A DNA stretch of 64,000 nucleotides from Candidatus Omnitrophota bacterium (GTDB taxonomy: Bacteria; Omnitrophota; Omnitrophia; Omnitrophales; Aquincolibacteriaceae). Below, piece after piece: positions 18,877 to 28,058 of the stretch. The stretch is taken from contig CAISGE010000022.1 of NCBI GenBank assembly GCA_903884815.1, forward strand, positions 19,031-83,030, given 5' to 3'. The notes under the pieces are model-generated. The model ran no database searches and was not told where the DNA came from. It saw only the letters and a list, made by a program, of their open reading frames with translations. Both the position numbers and the translations under genes were made by a program. Every line of letters begins with the position of its first letter. Position 1 is the stretch's first letter.

Positions 18877-19292
18877 TTTTTGCAAAGCCCCACGAGTTGA
18901 TGGCAATGGTATTCCAGTTTAAAACCGTTTTTCTCAGCAACCTGCTGCTGGGCCCGCTCGATCGTAACGTCCTTGAATTCCGCCACGCGATTGCACGCGC
19001 GGCAGATCAGATGGTCATGGTGGGCTTTGGAGCGCGCGCATTCATAGTACGTGTCACGACTCGTACGGAAACTCTGCGCCACCACACCCGCCTCCAAAAG
19101 GATCGGGAGATTGCGGTAAACCGTATCCCGCGAAACCTTTAGCCCTTGCTTCTTAAGACAGGTGACGAGGCTATCCACATTAAAATGGCCCGGCTGGCGT
19201 TTGATCCCCGCGATCAGCTTCAGGCGTTCGCCGGTCAGACGGCACCCCTTGCCGCGGATAAATCCCTCGAATTCTTTCTGATGCTTGACCAT
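18864..19292 (-). CDS. fur: Fur family transcriptional repressor
   Basis: TVYRNL..L.EAG, HHDHLICRAC, C-terminal CKKC. Confidence 0.92.
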   Translation of the reverse strand: MVKHQKEFEGFIRGKGCRLTGERLKLIAGIKRQPGHFNVDSLVTCLKKQGLKVSRDTVYRNLPILLEAGVVAQSFRTSRDTYYECARSKAHHDHLICRACNRVAEFKDVTIERAQQQVAEKNGFKLEYHCHQLVGLCKKCRK

Positions 19293-19315
19293 AAGGAAGG
19301 ATTCCCTGAGGAGCG

Positions 19316-19371
19316 TTATTAAGACTTAGTCTGAACAAGAGGAGTGTAAAGGAGAATGGAGGCGCTGTCAA
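19316..19371 (-). promoter_or_regulatory. sigma70 promoter plus downstream Fur-type inverted repeat
   Basis: TTGACA(19371-19366)-17 nt-TACACT(19348-19343); TTATTAAGACT-T-AGTCTGAACAA at 19316-19338. Confidence 0.7.
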
Positions 19372-19453
19372 TCGCGAAGGACCGAGCAGGAGACGGGGAA
19401 CAGCTAAGGGGTTCGTGTCCCACTCGACATTCCCCGCGCCCCTTTATTACCTT

Positions 19454-19957
19454 TTAAATCGCGCAGCCTTTTAGCGATACGTGCCCGTCAACCTCCGTGG
19501 GCTCTATGGCTTTGAAGATACCGTAGCAAGTCCACGTGGTGGGACTGGAGTCTGCATAAAAGATATACGTCAGTTGATTTTCCAAGGACTGGTCAACCGC
19601 ATCGACTTGAAAATTGTAAGTGGGATCACTCGTGTAGTAAGAATAGCCCCAATTTTTGGATTTATCTATGCCGGTTAGCCCAAGATCATTCCAACTGGCC
19701 TCGTTTTCGACCCAGGTCGGCTCAAAGGGATTTGAAACAACGGAGGTCACGTTGCCCGGAAGACTCGAGGTTCCATGCATGTCAAAGTTTCTTTCCCCGG
19801 CGCGTTTGATGGCCCCAACCACCTGAAACGCTTCAGCCGCTTGGGCCTTTTTCGTTTGCATGAGCATGCGCGGCACGATCAGTGATGCCAGAATCGCAAT
19901 GATCACAACAACGATCAAGACTTCAACCAGCGTGAAACCTTTTTTCGTGTTTTTCAT
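19454..19957 (-). CDS. Type IV pilin-like protein (prepilin N-terminal cleavage/methylation motif)
   Basis: KKG|FTLVEVLIVVVIIAILA; C-terminal Cys pair. Confidence 0.9.
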   Translation of the reverse strand: MKNTKKGFTLVEVLIVVVIIAILASLIVPRMLMQTKKAQAAEAFQVVGAIKRAGERNFDMHGTSSLPGNVTSVVSNPFEPTWVENEASWNDLGLTGIDKSKNWGYSYYTSDPTYNFQVDAVDQSLENQLTYIFYADSSPTTWTCYGIFKAIEPTEVDGHVSLKGCAI

Positions 19958-20000
19958 ATTCGTTCCCCGTTTGGCGTTACCCGTTCCCCTTTTTTACTTT

Positions 20001-20465
20001 TTAAATAGTGCAGCCTTTCGAGGGATCGGCAGAATCCTGATATTTGAATGGAGTGTTGCAAGTCCAGGTCTCGCTGCTGGAGCTATAAGCCATAGCGTAG
20101 CTATCCGTTTCAGACTTGACAATAATATTAGCGGAGGCACCGTCACTTTGGTATTCGTAGCCCCAATCTTTTGATTTTTCAATACCCGTGAGCCCAAGAT
20201 CACTCCAATCCCCCGCATTCGTCCCGCCCGCGAATGGTGACGATTCGATTGACACATAAGCGCCCGTGGGACTCCAAGTGCTACGAAAATCATATAATCT
20301 TTCCGCCGCCCGCCTTATGGCCCCTATCATTTGGAGAGCTTCAGCAGCTTTGGCCTTGTCAGTCTGCATGAGCATGCGCGGCACGATGAGCGACGCAAGA
20401 ATGGCGATGATCACAACAACGATCAACACTTCCACCAGCGTAAAACCTTTTTTTGTGCTTTTCAT
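20001..20465 (-). CDS. Type IV pilin-like protein, paralog of the adjacent gene
   Basis: KKG|FTLVEVLIVVVIIAILA; C-terminal Cys pair; SD AAGGAGG. Confidence 0.9.
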   Translation of the reverse strand: MKSTKKGFTLVEVLIVVVIIAILASLIVPRMLMQTDKAKAAEALQMIGAIRRAAERLYDFRSTWSPTGAYVSIESSPFAGGTNAGDWSDLGLTGIEKSKDWGYEYQSDGASANIIVKSETDSYAMAYSSSSETWTCNTPFKYQDSADPSKGCTI

Positions 20466-20645
20466 GACCCCTCCTTATTTAAAATGGCATTTTTCAACTA
20501 ACTATTGCTTCGTCATTCTCTTACAAAAGCTATAGCACATGATCCGGAAATCGGGAGCGGGCGGAGAGCGTACCTCTATCAGGAATGGTTCTCCCTCAGG
20601 AGAACCTTCCTTCTGGAAGGGGGTCGAAAACTTCCGTTCGTTTAC

Positions 20646-21377
20646 TTAGAAACTCTGAGTCAGCTTTTCGGTAATGCGGGAGCGGACGGACTCGCTTAAT
20701 CCGGGAAAGTCGCTGTGCTCCATGCAGGCTGTTTCGATGGGCTCGAGAACGGTGAGTGTGCAATGGATCGTGGACTTCATCACCCAGTCACCTTTGGGGA
20801 TGGCGTTCCGGGTTCCACTAACAGCAATAGGGAGAACCGGGACTTTCTCTGAGATCGCGAGCTTGAAAGCCCCGTTCTGAAAAGGATTCATCCCCTCCGT
20901 TTCGCTGCGCGTTCCTTCCGGAAAAAATAGGACGGACATCCCTGATCGGATATAACGGATCGCTTCCCGGTAAACATCCCGGATGCTCCCCCGGTCCTTG
21001 CGCTTGAGGCTGATATGCTTGCAAAGGCCCAAGCACCAGCCGAGAAAGGGGATGCTGAAGAGACTTTCTTTCGCGACCCATTTGAATTGGGCCCATATCT
21101 GATAAAGCACCACGATATCCGCCAGGCTCTGGTGATTGGCCACGATCACATAGGTGCGCTTCGGATCAATATGTTCAAGCCCCGTCACATGCACTTTCCA
21201 AAAGGGGTTCAGACCTATCACGGCGCTCGACCACCAGAAGCATTGCCGGTGCAGGATCTTCCGCTGCGGATCGAACGGGAAGGTGAAAACGAGCAGCACC
21301 AGCATGACAAGATAAAGCACGGCCAACAGAATGACGCAGGCCACCCAGAAGAATAAAGACAGAAAAGCGTTCATCAC
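20646..21377 (-). CDS. plsC: 1-acyl-sn-glycerol-3-phosphate acyltransferase
   Basis: NHQSLAD, FPEGTRS, F..GAF motifs. Confidence 0.9.
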   Translation of the reverse strand: MMNAFLSLFFWVACVILLAVLYLVMLVLLVFTFPFDPQRKILHRQCFWWSSAVIGLNPFWKVHVTGLEHIDPKRTYVIVANHQSLADIVVLYQIWAQFKWVAKESLFSIPFLGWCLGLCKHISLKRKDRGSIRDVYREAIRYIRSGMSVLFFPEGTRSETEGMNPFQNGAFKLAISEKVPVLPIAVSGTRNAIPKGDWVMKSTIHCTLTVLEPIETACMEHSDFPGLSESVRSRITEKLTQSF

Positions 21378-21462
21378 GGGATTCCTTTCATAATGTGAGA
21401 GAGAATATTAACAGCCGCGGGCAGATTTGAGAAGGAGATAAAGCCGCAAATCAATAACGGCT

Positions 21463-21493
21463 AACCATTTCAACCTCGCAGGTTGAAATGGTT
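21463..21493. repeat. AACCATTTCAACCT-N3-AGGTTGAAATGGTT palindrome, copy 2
   Basis: Perfect 14-bp inverted repeat. Confidence 0.85.
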
Positions 21494-21514
21494 GATAGGG
21501 TAAAAAAAGACTTC

Positions 21515-21781
21515 CTAAAATCGCTGAGAAACGATCACGAAAATCGAGAGACTGAGTACCGCCAGGACCAGGCCGAGCAACCGTGTATTCCGCACCTCGC
21601 GCGCTTCATCGATCGGGGAAACGTTCCAGTTGTAAAACTTCATGATCGCCTGGTAAAGACCCATGGAACGCTTCGGATCGGATGCGGAGAACACCCCCAA
21701 GGCAAGCCCGAAAAATCCAAGTATTGAAAGAATGACTTTCGGGGAAATAGAGCAACAGCTACTAAGCGGACATTGCATCAC
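21515..21781 (-). CDS. Small two-TM hypothetical protein
   Basis: SD GGAGG, two hydrophobic segments, fills the gap in the gene run. Confidence 0.7.
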   Translation of the reverse strand: MMQCPLSSCCSISPKVILSILGFFGLALGVFSASDPKRSMGLYQAIMKFYNWNVSPIDEAREVRNTRLLGLVLAVLSLSIFVIVSQRF

Positions 21782-21847
21782 GCACCTCCATTTTTAAAAG
21801 GATGTAGGGCTTAGAAATTTTCAAGACCCTTCAGATTCTTCCCAACC

Positions 21848-23896
21848 CTATTTGTCTTCCCAAGCGCTGCGATAACCCTCGATGGATTCGATATAGCGAA
21901 GAAGATCCTCAAAAAAAGCATGATTCGAAAGTGTGGCGCTATCCCCGATCAGGATAAGCTTGCGCTTGGCGCGGGTCATGGCGACATTCATCCGGCGCGT
22001 GTCGGTTAAGAATCCGAGCTGCCCCTCCCGGTTCGAGCGAACAAGCGAAACGATCACAACCTCCTTCTCCCGGCCCTGGAACGCGTCCACGCTGTCGATC
22101 TCAAGTGAGGCCAGCGCGCCGGGATCTCCCTGGTCGCCCAGAAGCATGCCGGTCAAGAGCTTCACCTGCGCACTGTAAGGACTGATGATCGCGATCTCTC
22201 GGGGATCGACGCCGGCCGCAAGAAGGATTTTCAGTTCACGCACCACGAGCCTCGCCTCCTGGGGATTGCTACGGCTCCCGGTTCCCTCCTCGGCCTCTTC
22301 TTCATAACCCATTCCGGCCGTGTCGAGAAAAATAGCCGGAGCCTCATCCAGTCCCGCAGCTTTCACGGCAGGAAGGTCTTTCAGAGCGTGGGCCTCGACG
22401 GACGGATCGGCCACAAGCGCGCCGTCATAAAATTTCCGGGATGAGAAATCCATAATGTGTCCATGCATCCGGTACTGCCGCTCGAGGCGCACCTTGGATT
22501 TCAGGCCCAGGATCCCGTGAAGCCTCTCAAAAAGAGTGAATCCCAGACCCCGCTCGCCCGGACGCGGGGAACGGAAAACCGTCGGCGGAAGCTGGCAATG
22601 ATCCCCGGCGAGAATGACCTTCCCGCCGTGTAGCACCGGGATCCAGGTCGCGGGCTCGATCCCCTGCGTCGCCTCATCCAGGATCACCCAGTCAAACGCC
22701 TTCGCGCGGATCAAGGGATCCCCGCACACCGTGTGCGTGGCCACGACCACGTCCGATGCGTTCCACACCTGTTTGAAGATCTGGGTCTTGAGATCGCGGA
22801 TGTCGTCACGGAGCCGGTTCACTTCGTCGCGCATTTCGTTCCGCTCTTCCCAGGACATGACACGCCGGTCCTGCCGCCGTTCTTTCTGCTTTGCGAACTG
22901 TTCGAGTTGCGCTTCATGCGCGTCGATCATTTTCGCGTAGGGATGCGCGGCCAACTTATAGCTCAGAGTGTGCTCCCGTACCCGTTCGGTAACACGCGCG
23001 GGATGACCCAGTCGCGTTACGGGGATCTTTTTGCCCACAAGACATTCCACCAAATGGTCGCAGGCGGCGTTACTGGGCGCGGAGACAAGCACGGTCTCGC
23101 CTTTCTTGAACGCCTGACAGATGATCTCCGTCAGCACCCGCGTCTTCCCCGTTCCCGGAGGCCCATGGATCAGCAGAAGATCTTCGGCTTCAAGGGCCAT
23201 GGCCACAGCCCGCTTTTGATCTTCATTGAGATCAGGATCCATACTCCGGAGCACCTCCGCCGAGACAGGATCCCCCAGCCGGGGCTTCTTAAGACCCAGC
23301 GTGATATCCCGCAGATATGCGATCCGGGAGTGCTCGGCCACGCGGACCATGTGAAGTGCCTCGTACATACGCTGATAAGTCGTACGATTCTCGGAAAGAC
23401 CCAACTGATAATTTTTCTCGCTCTCCACCCATCCCGGGATCCTCCCGTTGAAAGCCACCGTGATTCGAAAGCGGTCCTTTTCATAGACGGTGCCGGAGGG
23501 ACATTCCGCGAGAGCGGTTTGAAAGCCGGAGAGGGAAACGACATCGCCGGGGTTCAGCGAATAGCGCGGCAAGGGCCGGCCGTTCTGAAGGGCAAAGGTG
23601 AGGAGCTTCTGCCCGGAAGGATTATAGTGGGTTTCCAGAAGATCCAGCCGGAAAATGGCCTTCCCTCTTTTTTCCCGCTCCTCGGGCTTACGGTCCAGGA
23701 ACTCGGATTTAAAGCGATCATTCTCCTCACGCTCCTCACTGCGGAGCAGGCGCGTCAGCTGGAGGAAATGTTTCTCAATGATGGCTTCATCCCCAACCCA
23801 GATCTTGCGCGGCTCACTTTTGGCCGGTCGCGGCGGCAGGGGCGCGTGAACTTTCTTCGGACGCTTACGGGGTTTGTCGCGAAAGGTATCGGACAT
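21848..23896 (-). CDS. SF1 helicase, IGHMBP2/Upf1 (DNA2/NAM7) family
   Basis: GPPGTGKT, APSN.A.D, DEATQ, GDHCQLPP, QYRM, VDAFQGRE, RRMNVAMTRA. Confidence 0.93.
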   Translation of the reverse strand: MSDTFRDKPRKRPKKVHAPLPPRPAKSEPRKIWVGDEAIIEKHFLQLTRLLRSEEREENDRFKSEFLDRKPEEREKRGKAIFRLDLLETHYNPSGQKLLTFALQNGRPLPRYSLNPGDVVSLSGFQTALAECPSGTVYEKDRFRITVAFNGRIPGWVESEKNYQLGLSENRTTYQRMYEALHMVRVAEHSRIAYLRDITLGLKKPRLGDPVSAEVLRSMDPDLNEDQKRAVAMALEAEDLLLIHGPPGTGKTRVLTEIICQAFKKGETVLVSAPSNAACDHLVECLVGKKIPVTRLGHPARVTERVREHTLSYKLAAHPYAKMIDAHEAQLEQFAKQKERRQDRRVMSWEERNEMRDEVNRLRDDIRDLKTQIFKQVWNASDVVVATHTVCGDPLIRAKAFDWVILDEATQGIEPATWIPVLHGGKVILAGDHCQLPPTVFRSPRPGERGLGFTLFERLHGILGLKSKVRLERQYRMHGHIMDFSSRKFYDGALVADPSVEAHALKDLPAVKAAGLDEAPAIFLDTAGMGYEEEAEEGTGSRSNPQEARLVVRELKILLAAGVDPREIAIISPYSAQVKLLTGMLLGDQGDPGALASLEIDSVDAFQGREKEVVIVSLVRSNREGQLGFLTDTRRMNVAMTRAKRKLILIGDSATLSNHAFFEDLLRYIESIEGYRSAWEDK

Positions 23897-23911
23897 GGGA
23901 GCTCTGAGATT

Positions 23912-24328
23912 CTATTCCCCGAGGATCTTGACGATCACGCGCTTGCGGCGGCGTCCGTCAAACTCGGCGTAAAAGATGCGTTCCCAGGTTCCAAAGTCCA
24001 GCCGGCCTTTGGTGATGGCCACCACGACCTCGCGACCGAAAAGCTGGCGCTTCACATGGGCATCGCCGTTGTCTTCCCCGGTCCGGTGATGGCGGTATCC
24101 TTTCAGATCGTAGGGCGCGATCTTCTCCAGAAAATCATCAAAATCCTGGATAAGCCCGTCCTCATCATCATTGATATAGATGCTCGCGGTAATATGCATG
24201 GGGTTGACCAGACACAGGCCTTCCTGGACGCCGCTTTTAAAAACGGCAACTTCGACCTGAGGAGTGATGTTGATGTAATCGCGTTTTTTCTTGGTTTCAA
24301 ATGAGAGGTATTCGGTGTAGGTCTTCAA
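23912..24328 (-). CDS. yjbQ: YjbQ family (secondary thiamine-phosphate synthase) protein
   Basis: MHITAS..IND, EDNGDAH.K, GTWE.IFY.EFDG.R; TTG start. Confidence 0.9.
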   Translation of the reverse strand: MKTYTEYLSFETKKKRDYINITPQVEVAVFKSGVQEGLCLVNPMHITASIYINDDEDGLIQDFDDFLEKIAPYDLKGYRHHRTGEDNGDAHVKRQLFGREVVVAITKGRLDFGTWERIFYAEFDGRRRKRVIVKILGE

Positions 24329-24435
24329 GAGCCACCCCCAAGGTTATGCGGACTCCCGTAATCTAGCACCGTTTTTGCTTTATTCATATGGGTTAACAGT
24401 ACGGCATGATTGCTTAAGAGGAACAGGGCCGTCCC

Positions 24436-24481
24436 AAAATAAAAAAGGGTTAGTCCCCTTTTATGAAGAGAGGACTAACCC
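24436..24481 (-). terminator. Intrinsic terminator
   Basis: GGGTTAGTCC...GGACTAACCC stem followed by a T-rich tract on the minus strand. Confidence 0.7.
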
Positions 24482-24509
24482 CTGGGCAAAGATCAAAACC
24501 TTGGAAATC

Positions 24510-24872
24510 TCAGCTTATAGTAGTTTCAGCGACCGGAGTAACGATGGTTTCAGGGTACATGATCGGGGCATACTTTGTTTTTCCGGGGAATGGGAAAGTA
24601 GCCAGATCATAAAGTCCCGCTCCAAAACGAAGAAGGGTGTAGCCGATCCCACGCCCGATCATCATGACAGTCCCGGTAAGATAATCAGGGCTCTGCTCCA
24701 TCGCCGTGGGAGTCTGATTGATAAACTCTCCCGGACTGGTCGCGATATTCGTCACGCCGCGGCTGAACTTTTCAAGAGCCTTATTGGAATTCATTTCCTT
24801 CACGAGTTCACTCCCCGCGGCGACCGTTGAAAGGGTCAGCATCAAGCAAAGGCCCATAGCGATTTTCTTCAT
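24510..24872 (-). CDS. Exosortase system-associated protein (TIGR04073-like)
   Basis: Signal peptide; K..RG..N....P.E and R.GAG.YD..TFP.P pattern; start at MKKIAM with SD AAGGAG. Confidence 0.75.
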   Translation of the reverse strand: MKKIAMGLCLMLTLSTVAAGSELVKEMNSNKALEKFSRGVTNIATSPGEFINQTPTAMEQSPDYLTGTVMMIGRGIGYTLLRFGAGLYDLATFPFPGKTKYAPIMYPETIVTPVAETTIS

Positions 24873-24952
24873 GATCGGGTTCTCCTTCATTTTATGAAAA
24901 CGTTTATTCCCGCCTAAGGATATCGGCATTCCGGAATTATTTTTAACTCTTT

Positions 24953-25507
24953 TCACAACCTTTCACTCTCGTCCTCCTCAAAGCCCTCGGTCTGGAACAC
25001 CTCGATCTCCGCATCCCCCAGTTCACGCTCCGTGAGGCCCGCTTTCTCAAACGCGCAGCTTTCAAAAAAATTCCGCGTATCCCAGCCGGTCTCGGTCGCG
25101 ACCTCTGGGAGATAAACGCCTTTTTTCCAGCCGTGCGTCACGATGATTCCGTCGATCCCGGTGCGAATATCCTTGTAACTTTTAATGGGCGCAGGCTCCG
25201 TCAGCAAAGAAATGTGGATCCTCACCGCCGGAAGCTCTCGAAGAGCAAGCGGCGGAAACCGGGGATCCTTAAACGCCGCGGCAAGTGTCATATCGCGGAG
25301 GGTCTTGCGAAGAGGCTCAAACCCAAGGATTTGCCCGATACAACCACGCAGACGGCCTTCGGATTTAAGGGTCACGAAGATCCCGCGCTTTTTATCCAAA
25401 AACCCGGAGCCCAGATCAAGCTTCGGTTCGGGGCCGTGCGTCAGATGAGCCTTCAAGAGTTCGCGGGAATAGCTGAGGATCTTCTTCTGCTCGGATAAAT
25501 TTAACAT
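24953..25507 (-). CDS. amrA: AmmeMemoRadiSam system protein A (AMMECR1)
   Basis: G.FVTL, LRGCIG, DPRF.P, LP.VA.E.GW, KAGL. Confidence 0.93.
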   Translation of the reverse strand: MLNLSEQKKILSYSRELLKAHLTHGPEPKLDLGSGFLDKKRGIFVTLKSEGRLRGCIGQILGFEPLRKTLRDMTLAAAFKDPRFPPLALRELPAVRIHISLLTEPAPIKSYKDIRTGIDGIIVTHGWKKGVYLPEVATETGWDTRNFFESCAFEKAGLTERELGDAEIEVFQTEGFEEDESERL

Positions 25508-25523
25508 GGGGGCATGCTAAAAT

Positions 25524-25600
25524 TCGGAGTTATGAGTTCGGTGTTCGAAGCCGTCATAATCCCGGGCCCTCTCCGAACTCCCGCCTCATGACTCACGACT
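25524..25600. repeat. Degenerate heptamer direct/inverted repeats
   Basis: GGAGTTA TGAGTTC GGTGTTC ... CGAACTC CCGCCTC ATGACTC ACGACT. Confidence 0.5.
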
Positions 25601-26425
25601 ATCTTTAAAGGCCATTGCCGCATATCCGACCACGGAACCTTTATCGCCCGTCACATCTCCCGAATTCGCATAGCGGATAAGGCGGGGGCCGGCCCATCCC
25701 ATTTTCCGCGCCAGCAGGATCATGGCAAGCACGGGACCCATACCGCAAGCCTCGACCTTTTCTTCAGCATACGCTTCGTAGATCGCCTCAGAATTTGCCT
25801 CCTCGAACAGGGCAATCACAGCGTTGTCTTTTTTTACGGCAACATCATAAGGATGGAAATGCGAAAGGTCGCTGGTCGCCACGACCAGGATATTGCGTGT
25901 CACCATAGTTTTCGCCAAGGCTTCGGCGAGCGCGGTGATATTCTGAATATCCTGAACCCCGATGTAGACGGGGACGATCTTAAGCCCCGGAAGCGCCTCT
26001 TGGAGGAACGGAAGCTGAACCTCGAGAGAATGTTCTTCGATGCGGCCCGCGGCAGCATTCCGTAAAAGGGGATGGCATTTCTGGATCTCGCGAACAAGCA
26101 CGCGATCCACGGGAATGCGGCCGAGAGGCGTCTCATAAGCCTCCACGTCATCCACGAGCACACCCTGCAGAAACATCCGGTGAAGAAAGGCGATTAAAAC
26201 CACGCTCTCGAACTTGCGGCCTTCGATCATTTTATACGCGTCGGCCGCGATCGAACCGGAATAATCATAACCCGCGTGGGGAACAATGAGGGCGCGTACC
26301 TGCGGGTCAGGAATGGAACGGGACCCGGAGAGAAGCGCTTGGACTTGAGCCCGAAGGACTTGCGGCTCTTCAGGATAAAATTGACCGCTTACCACCGCCG
26401 TGCGGACTTTCATTCGAGTCTCCAT
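25586..26425 (-). CDS. amrB: AmmeMemoRadiSam system protein B (MEMO1)
   Basis: G.FYP, PHAGY.YSG, EHSLEVQLPFLQ, SDLSH, NSGDVTGD...VVGY. Confidence 0.95.
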   Translation of the reverse strand: METRMKVRTAVVSGQFYPEEPQVLRAQVQALLSGSRSIPDPQVRALIVPHAGYDYSGSIAADAYKMIEGRKFESVVLIAFLHRMFLQGVLVDDVEAYETPLGRIPVDRVLVREIQKCHPLLRNAAAGRIEEHSLEVQLPFLQEALPGLKIVPVYIGVQDIQNITALAEALAKTMVTRNILVVATSDLSHFHPYDVAVKKDNAVIALFEEANSEAIYEAYAEEKVEACGMGPVLAMILLARKMGWAGPRLIRYANSGDVTGDKGSVVGYAAMAFKDSRES

Positions 26426-26535
26426 GCAACCACCCCCGTTTTGAGCGATGGGCTGCTGCTACCCCGGATAGAGAGAGGAGAACTTATTGAAATTCCGATC
26501 AAAATCCACGATCCAGCCTCAATTGCGGGGAAAGA

Positions 26536-28017
26536 TTAAAGGGGCCTTTGACTGATCATCTGAAAGAAAACATCTAAAACCTTTGGATCAAAGTGAGTCC
26601 CCGACTCCGCCTTCATCATCTTGAGCGCTTCCTCATGCGAGAACGCCGCGCGATAAGGCCGTATGGTGGTCAAAGCGTCATAAACATCCACGACCGTAAG
26701 TATCCGGGCACTGAGAGAGATCCATTCCCCCTTGACGCCATCCGGATATCCGGAACCGTCAAACCATTCCTGATGGTGGCGGATAATCTCCCGAAGATCC
26801 TTAAACGAGCGCAGCGGCGCGATGATCTTCTCCCCCTTCTCGGCGTGAGTCTGCATCACCTTACGCTCTTCAGGGGTGAGTTTCGAAGGTTTGAGAAGGA
26901 TGTCGTCCTCGATCGCGATCTTCCCGATATCATGCAAATACGCCGCGTCCCGTAAGGTCTGGATCTTTTCCGAGGACATTCCCATCGCTTGCGCGATCCG
27001 CACCGCGGATTCTGAAACGCGCTCCAGATGTCCCCCCGTATAAGCATCCCGTTCTTCCACCGCGACCGCTAAAGCGGCGATCGTTTCCACGTAGCTCCGT
27101 TCGGAGTCTTGCATCAGCCTTGAATTTTCACTCGCGATCGCGATCTGGCTGGCCACATGCTCAAGCATAATGACGTCTTCCTGAATAAAAGCCTGTTCGT
27201 TGCCTTTGTTGAGCACCAGCACACATCCCAGATTACGATTCTGATAACGGAGTGGCACGCAGAGGAGGGACCGGTAAGACAGTTCCGAAACATCTTGATC
27301 CATCTCCGGGCTTCCTTCCGCACGGTTGATGATCAGCGGCCGCTTCTCCTGGCTCATCCACTTCAAGGGGGAGTTTTTTTGTGTCGCAAGATAGAGCAGT
27401 TTTTCTCGCGCCCTGCCGCACGCGACGACCTGACGGAAGATCCTGGTTCCGCCTTCCGCCTCCAAAAGAACGACCGCGCCGCTTTCAGCCCCCATCGCCT
27501 TGATCACGCTTTCCGTAATAAGCTCGAGAAGTCCCTCCGTTCTTTCTTCTGAAGTGATCACAGCGCCGATCTTTGCCATCAGCTCCTGGATAATAACCTT
27601 GGATTGTTCGAGTTGCGCGACCTGACTTTCCAGATTCTTATTCACCCCGTTAAAAACCTTGACCAGATTCCGTATCTCTTCGGACTGATCTTTCACTTCG
27701 ATCCCTCCCGCAAGGATCTTCCCGTCGAGCAGGTCCTTGGCCGTCCGTGCCATACTCGTGATCGAAGAACCGATCTGCCGGATGATCCAGTAGCCCAAAA
27801 GCGAGGAGCAAAGAGCGAGGCCCACAAGAAGCTGAAGATCGACGCGATACCCCTGCTTCGTGATGGGATTTAAATGGAAGAAAAGCATGTAGAGCATGAT
27901 TGAGATGGGAAGAAGACCCATCAGAATGAAGGCAATGCCAATTTTCAGCTGGATGCCACTACTATCCAAGGACTGAAGCTTGGGGAATTTTGATTTTGCA
28001 TGCTCCACCTGAGTCAT
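26536..28017 (-). CDS. Membrane HAMP-GAF-HD-GYP cyclic dinucleotide phosphodiesterase
   Basis: Two TM helices, GAF-like region, HDIGK, HHQE.FDGSGYP, RPYR. Confidence 0.9.
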   Translation of the reverse strand: MTQVEHAKSKFPKLQSLDSSGIQLKIGIAFILMGLLPISIMLYMLFFHLNPITKQGYRVDLQLLVGLALCSSLLGYWIIRQIGSSITSMARTAKDLLDGKILAGGIEVKDQSEEIRNLVKVFNGVNKNLESQVAQLEQSKVIIQELMAKIGAVITSEERTEGLLELITESVIKAMGAESGAVVLLEAEGGTRIFRQVVACGRAREKLLYLATQKNSPLKWMSQEKRPLIINRAEGSPEMDQDVSELSYRSLLCVPLRYQNRNLGCVLVLNKGNEQAFIQEDVIMLEHVASQIAIASENSRLMQDSERSYVETIAALAVAVEERDAYTGGHLERVSESAVRIAQAMGMSSEKIQTLRDAAYLHDIGKIAIEDDILLKPSKLTPEERKVMQTHAEKGEKIIAPLRSFKDLREIIRHHQEWFDGSGYPDGVKGEWISLSARILTVVDVYDALTTIRPYRAAFSHEEALKMMKAESGTHFDPKVLDVFFQMISQRPL

Positions 28018-28058
28018 GAGAATATTCTACCCTAGGAAAGGCCCAGCTTCACTAGATT

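Noticed and set aside
18629-18940. Apparent 104-aa N-terminal extension of FeoB in the ORF track
   Set aside because: It overlaps feoA and fur in other frames; the real start is at 18628
15315-19292. Feo cluster as part of a magnetosome island
   Set aside because: No mam/mad/man-like genes were recognised in the window
20470-20640. sigma54 promoter or c-di-GMP riboswitch upstream of the pilins
   Set aside because: No TGGCAC-N5-TTGC on the minus strand and no GEMM consensus; only short hairpins
16380-21493. 31-bp palindromic repeats as possible CRISPR repeats
   Set aside because: Only two copies, 5 kb apart, with no spacers and no cas genes
21848-23896. SF1 helicase as an anti-phage defence gene
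   Set aside because: Host-like composition, no fused nuclease domain and housekeeping neighbours
22733-24304. 523-aa plus-strand ORF (and similar ones at 8408, 9509, 16682, 55136, 58243, 60651)
   Set aside because: Each lies opposite well-supported minus-strand genes and lacks protein-family signatures
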